A DNA stretch of 64,000 nt from an uncultured virus (IMG/VR IMGVR_UViG_3300025879_000014) (IMGVR_UViG_3300025879_000014); one strand, 5' to 3'; counted from the first letter of the stretch, positions 26,646 to 35,947 are shown. Made by a program: numbers and translations. Notes: generated by a model not told the origin, from the sequence alone.

Positions 26646-27584
26646 TTATACCTCACTGTTTTTATAAGCATAGTTTAGGGCAGAGTTTGCTTCACCAAGT
26701 ATGGGTCGCTTCTCGTACCAATTTCCAGTTTGTAGGTCTAGTTCCCTTGCCAGCTTCTCGAGTTCAATATCCGAGATAGGATATCCGCTTCGAATAGCAT
26801 TAAAAGAAACAGAGACCATAAACTGATACATTTTATGATACCAACCTGTTTCAGTAATAGACTTATACTCATCTAGTATTCGTTTAGAAACGAAAGGGCA
26901 ATCGCGCAAACCAGTCCAAGAATACTTATCCTTATTAGGTAATTGCGATTTGCGATGAGCTATAACCTGTTGCTGAAGTTCAGGTGGCAACCTCTCCAAG
27001 AAAGATTTACTACCGCTTGGCTCGGTAAATGGGTGACGACTCATGAGTTCGGCTGGTTTGATGAACTTACCCTTATTGGTGAATATGAAGTTATCAGCGC
27101 CAGCATAACTTCCAGGGATATAGTACATACGGCTCAGGTCTTTAGTCTGTTTGTCCCCAATAGAGTCTAACTGGGTATTCAGAGCAAACCAAAAATGGCG
27201 TATCTTACCTTGCGGAACTGCTTCTTCGAGCGGAAACACTAGTCTAAACTTTGGTTTCCCTACGGTGCTGCTGGCTGTAGAATAGCAGACAAAATAGTAT
27301 TCACCGTATTTCTCGCACAGTTCCGAACGAAGGTCGCCACCGAACTCATGCTCGTCAACGTCTACTGCAGCCCAACCAGCCCAACAATCAACGTTCTTAT
27401 TCGAACGAGTAGTGTCAGGCTGGTACGTGGCTGGCGAAAACAATTGAGCATCTTTCTTACTTTTATAAGGCAAGGCAGATAGTTTATATAGTAGCTCCTC
27501 GAGTTTATCCCAGCTGTCGAAGTCCATGCGCTTATGCGTTTTGTTATCGAATATGCTTTTAAAGATTGTCAAAGAGTATATCAT
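26646..27584 (-). CDS. Archaeo-eukaryotic primase (prim-pol)-like protein
   Basis: AVDVD (DxD), YSTASS..KPKFRLVFPL, D..TKDLSRMYYIP; helical C-terminal domain. Confidence 0.7.
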   Translation of the reverse strand: MIYSLTIFKSIFDNKTHKRMDFDSWDKLEELLYKLSALPYKSKKDAQLFSPATYQPDTTRSNKNVDCWAGWAAVDVDEHEFGGDLRSELCEKYGEYYFVCYSTASSTVGKPKFRLVFPLEEAVPQGKIRHFWFALNTQLDSIGDKQTKDLSRMYYIPGSYAGADNFIFTNKGKFIKPAELMSRHPFTEPSGSKSFLERLPPELQQQVIAHRKSQLPNKDKYSWTGLRDCPFVSKRILDEYKSITETGWYHKMYQFMVSVSFNAIRSGYPISDIELEKLARELDLQTGNWYEKRPILGEANSALNYAYKNSEV

Positions 27585-27594
27585 AATGTATCCT

Positions 27595-27623
27595 ATTATA
27601 CTATAGAATCGCTTCTAAGTAAA
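27595..27623 (-). promoter_or_regulatory. Sigma70-type phage promoter
   Basis: TTTACT-N17-TATAAT. Confidence 0.8.
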
Positions 27624-27968
27624 GTCTTTTCTTAGAAATTCTTCTAAGTTCATAGCCTTATCGTCAACGTAGTATGTCGAAGAATAAGGTTTACCGAAGA
27701 TAAGTTGGTCATATGGTACAGAGTGTTTATGTAACCAACGCTCTGTCAACTCACCAACATCATCAAGTATCATATCTATATCCCCCTTATGAGTGACCAT
27801 TCGACGAGCCGAGCTTATGATTATGTGATAACCATTTTCTTTCAATTCTCTCATCTTTCGAATGATACTAGAGTTGGGAGCAGCTTCGTAATACTTACTC
27901 ACCGAATCCTTACAATCATGATTAGGGAAACAGATTGTATCATCTAAATCAAATACTATACTTTTCAA
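27615..27968 (-). CDS. HAD phosphatase (EcbF/BcbF-like)
   Basis: VFDLDDTI, SSARRM, FGKPY, YVDDKA; TTG start at 27968 inferred. Confidence 0.8.
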   Translation of the reverse strand: MKSIVFDLDDTICFPNHDCKDSVSKYYEAAPNSSIIRKMRELKENGYHIIISSARRMVTHKGDIDMILDDVGELTERWLHKHSVPYDQLIFGKPYSSTYYVDDKAMNLEEFLRKDFT

Positions 27969-29454
27969 TGTTATCGCCCACGTAGTCAATAAAACGTTCT
28001 TGTCTTCCAGAATCGTCATAGTGTAAAGGAATACAAGTAGCGATCAATAATAAACCGCCACCCAAGATTAGGTCAACTGGCAAACCGTACTCACGGAGTT
28101 TACGAACAAAGATATCTTTAACGTCCTGATTATGAGGAACATTAGAAACCATTGCGTTGTAGCCATGATACAAGTCGTGCGCTAGTTTACACCAGTCATA
28201 TAGGTTGTCACCATATATACCTTCGTGTTCACCGTATCCACCTCGAGGGTCAATTAACCTAATCTGGTCAGTTTGCTGATTGTACAGAATATTGCCAAAA
28301 TGTAAATCGCCATGCATACCAGAAGTAGGACGGCTGTGACGATGACATTCGACAGCAATAGCTATTATACTATCTTTTGTAGAAGAAGTAAAGTAGTTTT
28401 TCTCATCAATTCTACTAACAGTTTTATCGAACCACATAGCTCTAGAAAGTTTAGAGAACTCCCCCAAGAACTCCCTATCTTCACATTTGTCATTAAAGAA
28501 CTTAGTCTTCAATCGGAATAACTTATCAATAATGTATTCCCAAGCTGAAGCAGATAGGTTCTCATATAACATAAGGTCGGATAGTAACGTACCAGACTCA
28601 TACGACATTACAATGTCACATTCAGTATCAAATACTCTAGGGACAAACATAGATTGGTTTTGGTTCAAACATTTATACCAACCTTTCTCTCGATTAATAG
28701 TTGTTACTGATTCTGCGTCATGATAGTCCGGAGACTTACGAACTGTACCAAGCTCAGGATCATATTCCATTGTATTAAACGCACGAGACTTTAGGTTTAA
28801 TAGAGCAGCACAAGTCTTGTAATACGAAGGGAGTTCACCAATATCGTACCACTTGTTAGTCATTACCTTGTTGTAATTCCCAGCATTATAGTTCTCGAGC
28901 GCTTCTGAGATTTCATAACCAGAAGCATAGTTGAATGCCTCTTTAGCTTCTAAACCGTCATTGAAGGAATACAGACCAACAAGAGCATCAGCATTAGCTA
29001 TAGAGTTATCGGGTTTATTGAAGAAGTTACTACCGTCCCACATACACCAGTTAGAATGATCGTCAGCAGACTTAGCCAACAAGAAGTCCGTACCAAAAGG
29101 CATATCTTCTTCAAGGATAATCGCATCACCTAACCAAACAACGAGTGGTAGATCGGGGCAAGATAGTTCGTTAACACCTTTCATAATAGCATGACGTGGA
29201 CCGAGTAGGTCGCCTTGCTTTACGAACTTAATATCCGGATGTTTAACAGAACAGTAATCGCGCACATCATCAAACTGCCCGTCAACGATAACGATCTCGT
29301 TGATGTTAGCAGTCTTACGTGCCTGTTCTACGATATAGTCTAAGCATGGTTTACCGTTTACACGAACCATAATCTTAGAAGTGTTGCTTGATAAAGGGCG
29401 GAGTCGAGTAGCCGACCCTGCCGCAGGAATAACGAGATTAACCAAAGAATTCAT
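27949..29454 (-). CDS. Sugar-phosphate nucleotidyltransferase fused to an APH/choline-kinase-like domain
   Basis: N-terminal VIPAAGSATRLRPLS...K and WYDIG; C-terminal HGDLHFGN, LIDPRG, YDWCKL. Confidence 0.85.
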   Translation of the reverse strand: MNSLVNLVIPAAGSATRLRPLSSNTSKIMVRVNGKPCLDYIVEQARKTANINEIVIVDGQFDDVRDYCSVKHPDIKFVKQGDLLGPRHAIMKGVNELSCPDLPLVVWLGDAIILEEDMPFGTDFLLAKSADDHSNWCMWDGSNFFNKPDNSIANADALVGLYSFNDGLEAKEAFNYASGYEISEALENYNAGNYNKVMTNKWYDIGELPSYYKTCAALLNLKSRAFNTMEYDPELGTVRKSPDYHDAESVTTINREKGWYKCLNQNQSMFVPRVFDTECDIVMSYESGTLLSDLMLYENLSASAWEYIIDKLFRLKTKFFNDKCEDREFLGEFSKLSRAMWFDKTVSRIDEKNYFTSSTKDSIIAIAVECHRHSRPTSGMHGDLHFGNILYNQQTDQIRLIDPRGGYGEHEGIYGDNLYDWCKLAHDLYHGYNAMVSNVPHNQDVKDIFVRKLREYGLPVDLILGGGLLLIATCIPLHYDDSGRQERFIDYVGDNIEKYSI

Positions 29455-30253
29455 CTAATGTAGCTCCAGATCTATCGATAAAAGCTTTCTTCCAACTGAT
29501 AATTGCTTCTACACGAGTAGTAGAACCTTCATCAGTAGTCCAAGAAGCATTTTCTTTCACAGTCAGTTTAACAACTCCAGGGAACTCACGCTGTAACGCT
29601 CGGTAACAAGATTCTTGTAGTTCTCCATTACGAAACGTAGAGTTGCCTCCAGGTTTGCCATGAGGGTGGTTGAACGCATACTTGTATATAACAGCATTCT
29701 TCATTCCAGCCTTCAATAGTGATAGTATAGCGTAAAAATCTTCAAAAAGCTTTATATTTTTATCTTTACTCCACATACCATCAAAGCTGATGTCATTGTC
29801 ATTAAACATCTGAGTGTTAATACCATAACAAGAATATGAACGAGTAATCTCAACTAGATCTTCCTCGATACGGTTGTTACCCGCACGGTCTGAGATACCA
29901 ACCCAAGCATAGTTATCGAGTTCTTCCTCAACCATAGAAAGCATCTCGAACCACTGCTCTTCAGTCTCCATCTTCTTGAGTTTCATTTCTTCGTCACGAT
30001 ACATAAACGTACAGTTGTCGTCAATGATCATAATCTTTTCGCCATTGCCCAGATTAACCAGACGCTGGCGAACATCAGCAATACCATCAGTCATACCGAT
30101 ATCTAGAACATCAGCATCGGGATAGTTTTCTTTCAAAACATCAACTCGGTCAGAACGAGTACACAGAGTGGTTCGCGAACGAACCGACTCCGGCATATTA
30201 TCCCAACAACGTTGATTATCTTCACGCATATATGTAGGAATTAAAATTCTCAT
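29438..30253 (-). CDS. GT-A fold glycosyltransferase (TET-associated type)
   Basis: ILIPTY.R, IMIIDDN, FEDF, KPGGNS; C-terminal TLDEFFG. Confidence 0.8.
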   Translation of the reverse strand: MRILIPTYMREDNQRCWDNMPESVRSRTTLCTRSDRVDVLKENYPDADVLDIGMTDGIADVRQRLVNLGNGEKIMIIDDNCTFMYRDEEMKLKKMETEEQWFEMLSMVEEELDNYAWVGISDRAGNNRIEEDLVEITRSYSCYGINTQMFNDNDISFDGMWSKDKNIKLFEDFYAILSLLKAGMKNAVIYKYAFNHPHGKPGGNSTFRNGELQESCYRALQREFPGVVKLTVKENASWTTDEGSTTRVEAIISWKKAFIDRSGATLDEFFG

Positions 30254-31683
30254 TAAAAGAAGTCCTCCAAACTTGCTTGTTCAACTAAGGCGTCTGGGTC
30301 ATTACGTTCAGCCATTTCCCTACCGCCATTCTCAATTAGGTAATCAAACCACTCTTGGCTATGCCACATTCCAGGAGATACCCCATTCCAACGCTCGCGC
30401 CAGTGAGGATGTTCCTTATTCAATCTACGGTCGTCAACGAACTTACGACGTAGTTGCTCATAATCCCAGTCGCCTAGATTTAACATATCTTCGCGGAAAT
30501 AGAATACAAGAGACATACGTAGTAAGTCATCTTCACCTGATTCGGGAGCATCGATAGGCGTGTTACCGTGGATAACTCTCATATTGTCGATCAGTAGCAA
30601 ATCGCCTGGACGAACATTAATCGCAGCACGAACTTCCGGAGCAACTAAGTAACCACCCTTCCAATCCTTACCTTCAGGAGAGATTACCGTCAAGTTAGAA
30701 AACCCTTCGTTCAAAGAACCAGCGTCGCGATGGCAAGCCATACGAGCATTACGGTCTTTCATAGTAGTGTTAACTGTTACGGTTGTAAAGGTAGTATCTT
30801 CACCAATTAAGAACTTCTTATCAACTTGGTCGGCACACTTCTTCTGAGCTTCATAACGAACTGGCATCAAGTCAGCCATAGTCTTATCTAACTTACGAGC
30901 AAACGGATAGCACTTCTCAAACTCAGTACGGTTATGCTCAACGTGGGAAGTTGCTCGACCATACGGAATACGAGGATAACGACCATAGAAACCAGTAATA
31001 CCAGACCACAACGGCGTAGCATAAGAAGTATCAGAGATCATTGTTTCGTGTAACTTCTTGGCATAGGAGCGAGCATCATTAACATCAAGCTCGGCAAGAC
31101 GTTTCTCGGCAACTGAGAAGAAGTTGTCATAGACCCCAAACTCTGATTCAATCTTAGAGCGAAGCCATACCTCACCACGTGTTTCGTACTGGGCGGTTTT
31201 ATGTTTCTCGATTATCTCTTCGATCGGATCGCCACCCATAACACTTTGAGGCGAACCGTCCATATAGTAATCAAGAAGGTCACGTTGGAAAGGAGTAACC
31301 CAATCACGACCACCAGACTTCTCGGCACGTGGACCCGCAGCCATACCACGGTTATTAGATTCAGCTGCTGCCGAGAATAACCCTTCGAACGCACCGTTCT
31401 GTTCGTCTTGAGTGAACACACCCTTTCTAAACTTGAAAGCAACACGATCTTCGCCGATACAACCAATACATTCATTATTACAATTGGTTGCTTCTGTCAT
31501 ATCACACTCAGGCGGTAAGTAGAAGTCCGCATCGCTATCGATTAAGATATCGTACGAGCCTTCATCGGCATACTTACCTAATAACTCATCTTGGTCGACT
31601 ACGAACATAGCAACGTAGACGTCTTGCCCTTCAGAGCCAACGTACTTTTGCCACTCGTATCCACCAAACTTAACTAATTCCAT
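30253..31683 (-). CDS. TET/JBP-family 2-oxoglutarate-Fe(II) dioxygenase
   Basis: FTTVTVN, ACHRDAG (HxD), GDLLL, IHGNTP (distal His), RMSLVFYFRE (2OG-binding Arg); C-terminal SLEDFF. Confidence 0.85.
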   Translation of the reverse strand: MELVKFGGYEWQKYVGSEGQDVYVAMFVVDQDELLGKYADEGSYDILIDSDADFYLPPECDMTEATNCNNECIGCIGEDRVAFKFRKGVFTQDEQNGAFEGLFSAAAESNNRGMAAGPRAEKSGGRDWVTPFQRDLLDYYMDGSPQSVMGGDPIEEIIEKHKTAQYETRGEVWLRSKIESEFGVYDNFFSVAEKRLAELDVNDARSYAKKLHETMISDTSYATPLWSGITGFYGRYPRIPYGRATSHVEHNRTEFEKCYPFARKLDKTMADLMPVRYEAQKKCADQVDKKFLIGEDTTFTTVTVNTTMKDRNARMACHRDAGSLNEGFSNLTVISPEGKDWKGGYLVAPEVRAAINVRPGDLLLIDNMRVIHGNTPIDAPESGEDDLLRMSLVFYFREDMLNLGDWDYEQLRRKFVDDRRLNKEHPHWRERWNGVSPGMWHSQEWFDYLIENGGREMAERNDPDALVEQASLEDFF

Positions 31684-31708
31684 AATGTTCTCCTGTTTAA
31701 CAGCGCCT

Positions 31709-31737
31709 ATTATACTATACCTATCTGAGAAAGTAAA
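31709..31737 (-). promoter_or_regulatory. Sigma70-type phage promoter heading the DNA-modification operon
   Basis: TTTACT-N17-TATAAT; RBS AGGAG before 31683. Confidence 0.85.
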
Positions 31738-32117
31738 GTCTTTTTTAAGTCCGGTTCTGAATAGTTCGGACCTTTTAATATCTTGCCGTCTTCGCGGTAG
31801 ATAGGTTTGCCGTCTTCACCCAGCTTTGACATATTAGAACGTTGTACTTCACGGAAGCAAGCATCGGCGTCGATACCAAAGGCAGCAGCTGCTCCATACG
31901 TGACATATAGAATATCAGTAATGGCATCGGCAACTTCAACAATATCTTTCTCAGCCATAGCTTCTATCAATTCATCAAGTTCTTCTTTGATAAGGTCAAT
32001 ACGAAGTGCTTGTACTTCAAGAGAAGGAAACTCGGGAGAAGTCTTAACCTCTTGTCCGAATGCGTTCATAAAATTCTTTACTTTCTGGTAGTTTGTTACG
32101 TGTAGGTCTACACTCAT
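31710..32117 (-). CDS. MazG-like all-alpha NTP pyrophosphohydrolase (possible dUTPase)
   Basis: FGQ, LIKEELDE, EVADAITDILYV, EVQRSNMSK, GKILKG. Confidence 0.85.
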   Translation of the reverse strand: MSVDLHVTNYQKVKNFMNAFGQEVKTSPEFPSLEVQALRIDLIKEELDELIEAMAEKDIVEVADAITDILYVTYGAAAAFGIDADACFREVQRSNMSKLGEDGKPIYREDGKILKGPNYSEPDLKKTLLSQIGIV

Positions 32118-34633
32118 GCGAAAAAATCCTCAAGGCTTACTGTTTCTTCTTCGTTCCAACCGATCGCAGCCAATATCGGACGAACAACGTCTAGGAATGC
32201 CTTCTCAAACTGAAGGTCATAGTTAATGTATTTATGGAGCTTCAACTCCTCCGGTAAGTACTCCGGAAACGCAATCACATTCTCCTTGATAGGATTTGGT
32301 GTTTTAAGATAGCAGAACTTAATCTTCTCGCCATCTTGTATCGTCTGATACCGTTTAAGGTTGTTATCAGATAATGCTTTGTTATATAGGATAGCACCAC
32401 GAACGTGAATAGGACACCCTTTCTTATACACGAGAGTCTTATCTTCCCAAGCAGTAACCTTAGAAACCCCACGAGGAAACGCAACCTTTTCGGGAGGAAG
32501 GTTGATAAAGTGTTCCTTGAATTGGGCGATAGCAGTTTGGGTATCTTTCTCAGTGCCAGATACGATTACTTTAAACAACGCCTTCAACGCATCACGGCAA
32601 GACATAGGAGTCGACGACTTAACAGCTTCGATACCCATTATCTTCAGTTTTGGTTTAGAATACTGAACACCTTCGTTGTTGTGTACGTTTAGTATGTATC
32701 GTTTCTTAGCAGTCCAGATACCAGCATCGGCAATAGCTTCACGAGCCATGGCCATCTTATTCTCATATGCGTCCATATACTCAGCAAGCTGTTCATAAGA
32801 ACGTTCTAGCATAGGTTCAAACTGGTCGGAACATACTTTGTCAATCAACTTAACGACATCTTCCTTTGGTTTCTTATCCCAGTTTAAGTGCTTAACCAAC
32901 GGCTCGAAGTCAATGTAGACCGAGTCAGTATCGATAGCGATAACGTGATCTTTACCAGTTACACCTAGTATCTTATTGATGAAATTGTTTACAGCTTTCT
33001 CTGCCCAACGAATAGATAACTGACCAGATAGAGTAATACCTTCAGCAATACGAAGGTCATAGTATCTGAACCAACGATTACCGATAGCACCATAAAGTGA
33101 GTTCATCATGATCTTAAGAGCCATCTGCTCGTTGTCAAGTGTAGTGATAGACTTTTCTAATCGGTAGATTTCTTTCTTATCGTTCTTATCGGCATGCTGT
33201 AGTTCTTGCTCGTATTTGAGCATTTCCTTCTTAACAACCTTACGACCAGCATACATATCTTCAACGAGTTTAGGTATAACTCCACGAACGTCTTTGCGGT
33301 AATGCGAACCGTTAGCAGCCATTGTACAATCAGGTCGAACTGAATCAGGCTTTTGTAGGTTAAGTACATTATCTACAGTAACGCCAGTGGTGGATTCTTG
33401 TACGATAGTCTCAGGACTCATATTATACTGCATAATCAAATGCGGATATAGTGAGTTTAAATCAAAAGAAACTACCCAAGAATGACGACCAACCCGAGGA
33501 GCTTTAACATAACCACCTGGGAAGTCTGCCTTGAAGTTATCTTGTTTAGGTGGCGGAGCTACCTTATCTTCATGTAATACACGATAGATGTAAGTATCCC
33601 AGATACCAGTTGTACCAAATGCTTCAGAATAGTTTACCCCAGCTTTATAAGCCAAAGTCATACAAAGGGTAATCAACCCCATCTTATCTTCCATACGGTC
33701 AACCAACTCAACGTCTTTGATGTTATAGTCGATAAACTTCTGGTGATCTTCTTTGTAAAGAGTATAAAGGTTGCCGTGTTCTTCGTACGATAACTTCTTC
33801 TCGCCGAGTACAACGTGAGCGATATGGTCTAGTTTATACGACTCTTCTGCAGAGTAAGTAAACTTCTTATACAGGTCAAGGTAATCTAGGAGTTCAATAC
33901 CAACCAACTCGAACTTCTGCTCAACTCGGTTCATCAACTTGACTTCTCGCTCGTTGATTTTACCCCAAGGAGATAGTTTCTTAACCATATCATTACCGAT
34001 AATACGAGACATACGGTTTACAAGGTAAGGAATATCAAATAGAGTAGAGTTCCAGCCAGTAACAACGTCGGGCATATTCTTAGGTAAAGACCAATGGTTT
34101 ACGAAGTTCATTAGGAGATGAGCTTCGGACTCGCACTTGTAATAGATTACTTCATAGTCTTTCATCAACGCTTTACTAACATCAAAGTCATCAAGACCCC
34201 AAACATAGTAAACGTTATCAATGTTATTCTTTAAAGCAATAGATATTACAGGATAGTTGGCTTCGCGTGGCTGAGGGAATCCCTCATCTGAAGCAACCTC
34301 GATATCGATAGTTGTTACGTTGATGTTATCTCGGTTAAACTCGATATTTCCTGGGTGTTGTTGCTGGACGTACTGGGCGATGTAGTTAGTATTGCCATAG
34401 ATTTTAAAGTTAGACGTATCGCCATACTGCGCCATGAAGTCTTTTGCTTCGCGCATAGAATCAAGTTCAACAGGAGCAAGCTTAGTACCGTCTAAGGATT
34501 TCCAATCGCCGTTCTCCGATGGGACGAATAGCGTTGGGGCGAAATTGACTCGGTCTTGGAACTTGTGTCCGTTTTTGTAGCCACGAACAAGTAAGCTATT
34601 ACCGAACCTAGACACATTAGTGTAGAATTTCAA
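32114..34633 (-). CDS. gp43: Family B DNA polymerase
   Basis: DIEV exonuclease motif, FDLNSLYP, KIMMNSLYG, IDTDS, KKRY; TTG start; C-terminal SLEDFFA. Confidence 0.97.
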   Translation of the reverse strand: MKFYTNVSRFGNSLLVRGYKNGHKFQDRVNFAPTLFVPSENGDWKSLDGTKLAPVELDSMREAKDFMAQYGDTSNFKIYGNTNYIAQYVQQQHPGNIEFNRDNINVTTIDIEVASDEGFPQPREANYPVISIALKNNIDNVYYVWGLDDFDVSKALMKDYEVIYYKCESEAHLLMNFVNHWSLPKNMPDVVTGWNSTLFDIPYLVNRMSRIIGNDMVKKLSPWGKINEREVKLMNRVEQKFELVGIELLDYLDLYKKFTYSAEESYKLDHIAHVVLGEKKLSYEEHGNLYTLYKEDHQKFIDYNIKDVELVDRMEDKMGLITLCMTLAYKAGVNYSEAFGTTGIWDTYIYRVLHEDKVAPPPKQDNFKADFPGGYVKAPRVGRHSWVVSFDLNSLYPHLIMQYNMSPETIVQESTTGVTVDNVLNLQKPDSVRPDCTMAANGSHYRKDVRGVIPKLVEDMYAGRKVVKKEMLKYEQELQHADKNDKKEIYRLEKSITTLDNEQMALKIMMNSLYGAIGNRWFRYYDLRIAEGITLSGQLSIRWAEKAVNNFINKILGVTGKDHVIAIDTDSVYIDFEPLVKHLNWDKKPKEDVVKLIDKVCSDQFEPMLERSYEQLAEYMDAYENKMAMAREAIADAGIWTAKKRYILNVHNNEGVQYSKPKLKIMGIEAVKSSTPMSCRDALKALFKVIVSGTEKDTQTAIAQFKEHFINLPPEKVAFPRGVSKVTAWEDKTLVYKKGCPIHVRGAILYNKALSDNNLKRYQTIQDGEKIKFCYLKTPNPIKENVIAFPEYLPEELKLHKYINYDLQFEKAFLDVVRPILAAIGWNEEETVSLEDFFA

Positions 34634-34666
34634 AAGTGTTCAACCTCGTTTCATTATCAATAGGGT

Positions 34667-34695
34667 ATTATACTATATCTAGAGCAGAAAGTAAA
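34667..34695 (-). promoter_or_regulatory. Sigma70-type phage promoter (gp43)
   Basis: GTTTACT-N17-TATAAT. Confidence 0.85.
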
Positions 34696-34715
34696 CCCCT
34701 CGAGGAGAGGGGTTT
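34693..34715 (-). terminator. Terminator-like hairpin abutting the -35 box
   Basis: AAACCCCTC-5nt-GAGGGGTTT then ACTTT. Confidence 0.65.
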
Positions 34716-34735
34716 GTATTTATTTTTGAAAGAAG

Positions 34736-34876
34736 TTATTCTTCCTCATCATTTTGGTTAAGGGATTCGGTCAACTCTTCTTGATGCTCGCACATCTCTT
34801 TATATGAATTGTATTCACCCTCCTCGCAACCGCATTGACTAAGGCTGTCATTTTCTTCCTTGGTATATGGCCACAT
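34736..34876 (-). CDS. 46-aa acidic peptide (MWPYTKEE...), not in the ORF track
   Basis: Translated by hand; RBS AAGGA. Confidence 0.5.
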   Translation of the reverse strand: MWPYTKEENDSLSQCGCEEGEYNSYKEMCEHQEELTESLNQNDEEE

Positions 34877-34879
34877 AGA

Positions 34880-35101
34880 TTAATCCTTCTTAGAAACGAA
34901 CGAATACATTTCCTTTGCTTTGTCCATAAGCTCATCCATAGTATATGGAGTCATTGCTTCCCTTAGTTCTTCGGCGTTCTTCTGGCCAACTTCGAATAGC
35001 TTGGTTGTAATCTCAAGGTTCATTTGAGTTTGTTTATCAAGGTAATCTTTAGCCATAGATAGGATTTCTGTGCGGATTTCAAATGGGTTTTTGTTTGACA
35101 T
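34880..35101 (-). CDS. Conserved hypothetical protein
   Basis: NPFEIRTEILSMAKD...AKEMYSFV. Confidence 0.7.
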   Translation of the reverse strand: MSNKNPFEIRTEILSMAKDYLDKQTQMNLEITTKLFEVGQKNAEELREAMTPYTMDELMDKAKEMYSFVSKKD

Positions 35102-35219
35102 AATAGTGTCCTTCGTATGTTTGTGTGTGTAATAGTTTTGGTCTTGCGCTGGTTCCAGTAACCAAGCAAGTGGCTGATAGTATTAGTACCAGCCATAGCT
35201 TATAGTCCTTTATTTAACC

Positions 35220-35309
35220 TTAAAGCAATGGTTGGAAAGCAAAAAGCACTCCAACCATAGTTAGGGTTATTAATCCGATTTCGCCATACTTATCTAAGCG
35301 AGTCTTCAT
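35220..35309 (-). CDS. 29-aa membrane peptide (MKTRLDKYGEIGLITLTMVGVLFAFQPLL)
   Basis: Translated by hand; G-rich RBS; one hydrophobic helix. Confidence 0.45.
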   Translation of the reverse strand: MKTRLDKYGEIGLITLTMVGVLFAFQPLL

Positions 35310-35333
35310 TAATAACCCCCCTTGCTTGTAGGG

Positions 35334-35816
35334 TTAGTTTCCTGTTTCTCGTAGAAACTCTGGGTCTTTTGTTTGATAGTCATTAGTAATTCCTCGACTG
35401 TTTGAATTGATATCAATTTGACGAGGACGCTTTTCTTCTGGGACGATTACCTTCAACTCTATGGCAAGGATTCCGTCTGTTAGATTAGCTCCATTGACTT
35501 CCACGTACTCCGACAATCGGAAGGTGCGGTTAAATTTCTTAGCAGATATTCCTTTATGAATATACTCCCGACCCCTATTCTTATGTTCACCGCGAACGTA
35601 TAGAGAGCGATCCTTCACTTCTATTTGTAACTCATTCTCAGCAAAACCAGCAACTGCTAATTCGACGTGATAAGTCGTATCGTCGAACTTGACGATATTG
35701 TGAGGAGGGTAGTTATCGTTTGCGTGCCTTGCGACTCGGTCTAGCTCATCGAATAGATGATCGAATCCAACAAAAGCTGAACGTGGGAATAGTGATTTGA
35801 CATTTACGTTAGTCAT
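35334..35816 (-). CDS. hsp20: Small heat-shock protein (IbpA-like)
   Basis: NYPPHNI, ELAVAGF, HKGIS...F.RTF, DGILAIEL. Confidence 0.93.
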   Translation of the reverse strand: MTNVNVKSLFPRSAFVGFDHLFDELDRVARHANDNYPPHNIVKFDDTTYHVELAVAGFAENELQIEVKDRSLYVRGEHKNRGREYIHKGISAKKFNRTFRLSEYVEVNGANLTDGILAIELKVIVPEEKRPRQIDINSNSRGITNDYQTKDPEFLRETGN

Positions 35817-35822
35817 TGTGTA

Positions 35823-35884
35823 TCTCCTTAATATTAAAGCAAGATTGAGAATTATGAACCCGAACCATTCGGCATTCTTTCTCA
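35823..35884 (-). promoter_or_regulatory. ROSE-like RNA thermometer in the hsp20 5' UTR
   Basis: UCUUGCUUUAAUAUUAAGGAGA: UUGCU pairs with the SD with a bulged G; longer hairpin upstream. Confidence 0.7.
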
Positions 35885-35947
35885 GTTAAGTTGTAGTGAG
35901 TAGTTTGGGAGCATACTCAGGCTCGATCCCAAGGTAGTGGGACTAAA

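Noticed and set aside
27615..29454. Capsule/LPS biosynthesis island
   Set aside because: The families resemble capsule enzymes, but there are no export or polymerase genes, and they are coupled to a TET/JBP oxygenase and a glycosyltransferase with clamp-type tails. Not fully excluded
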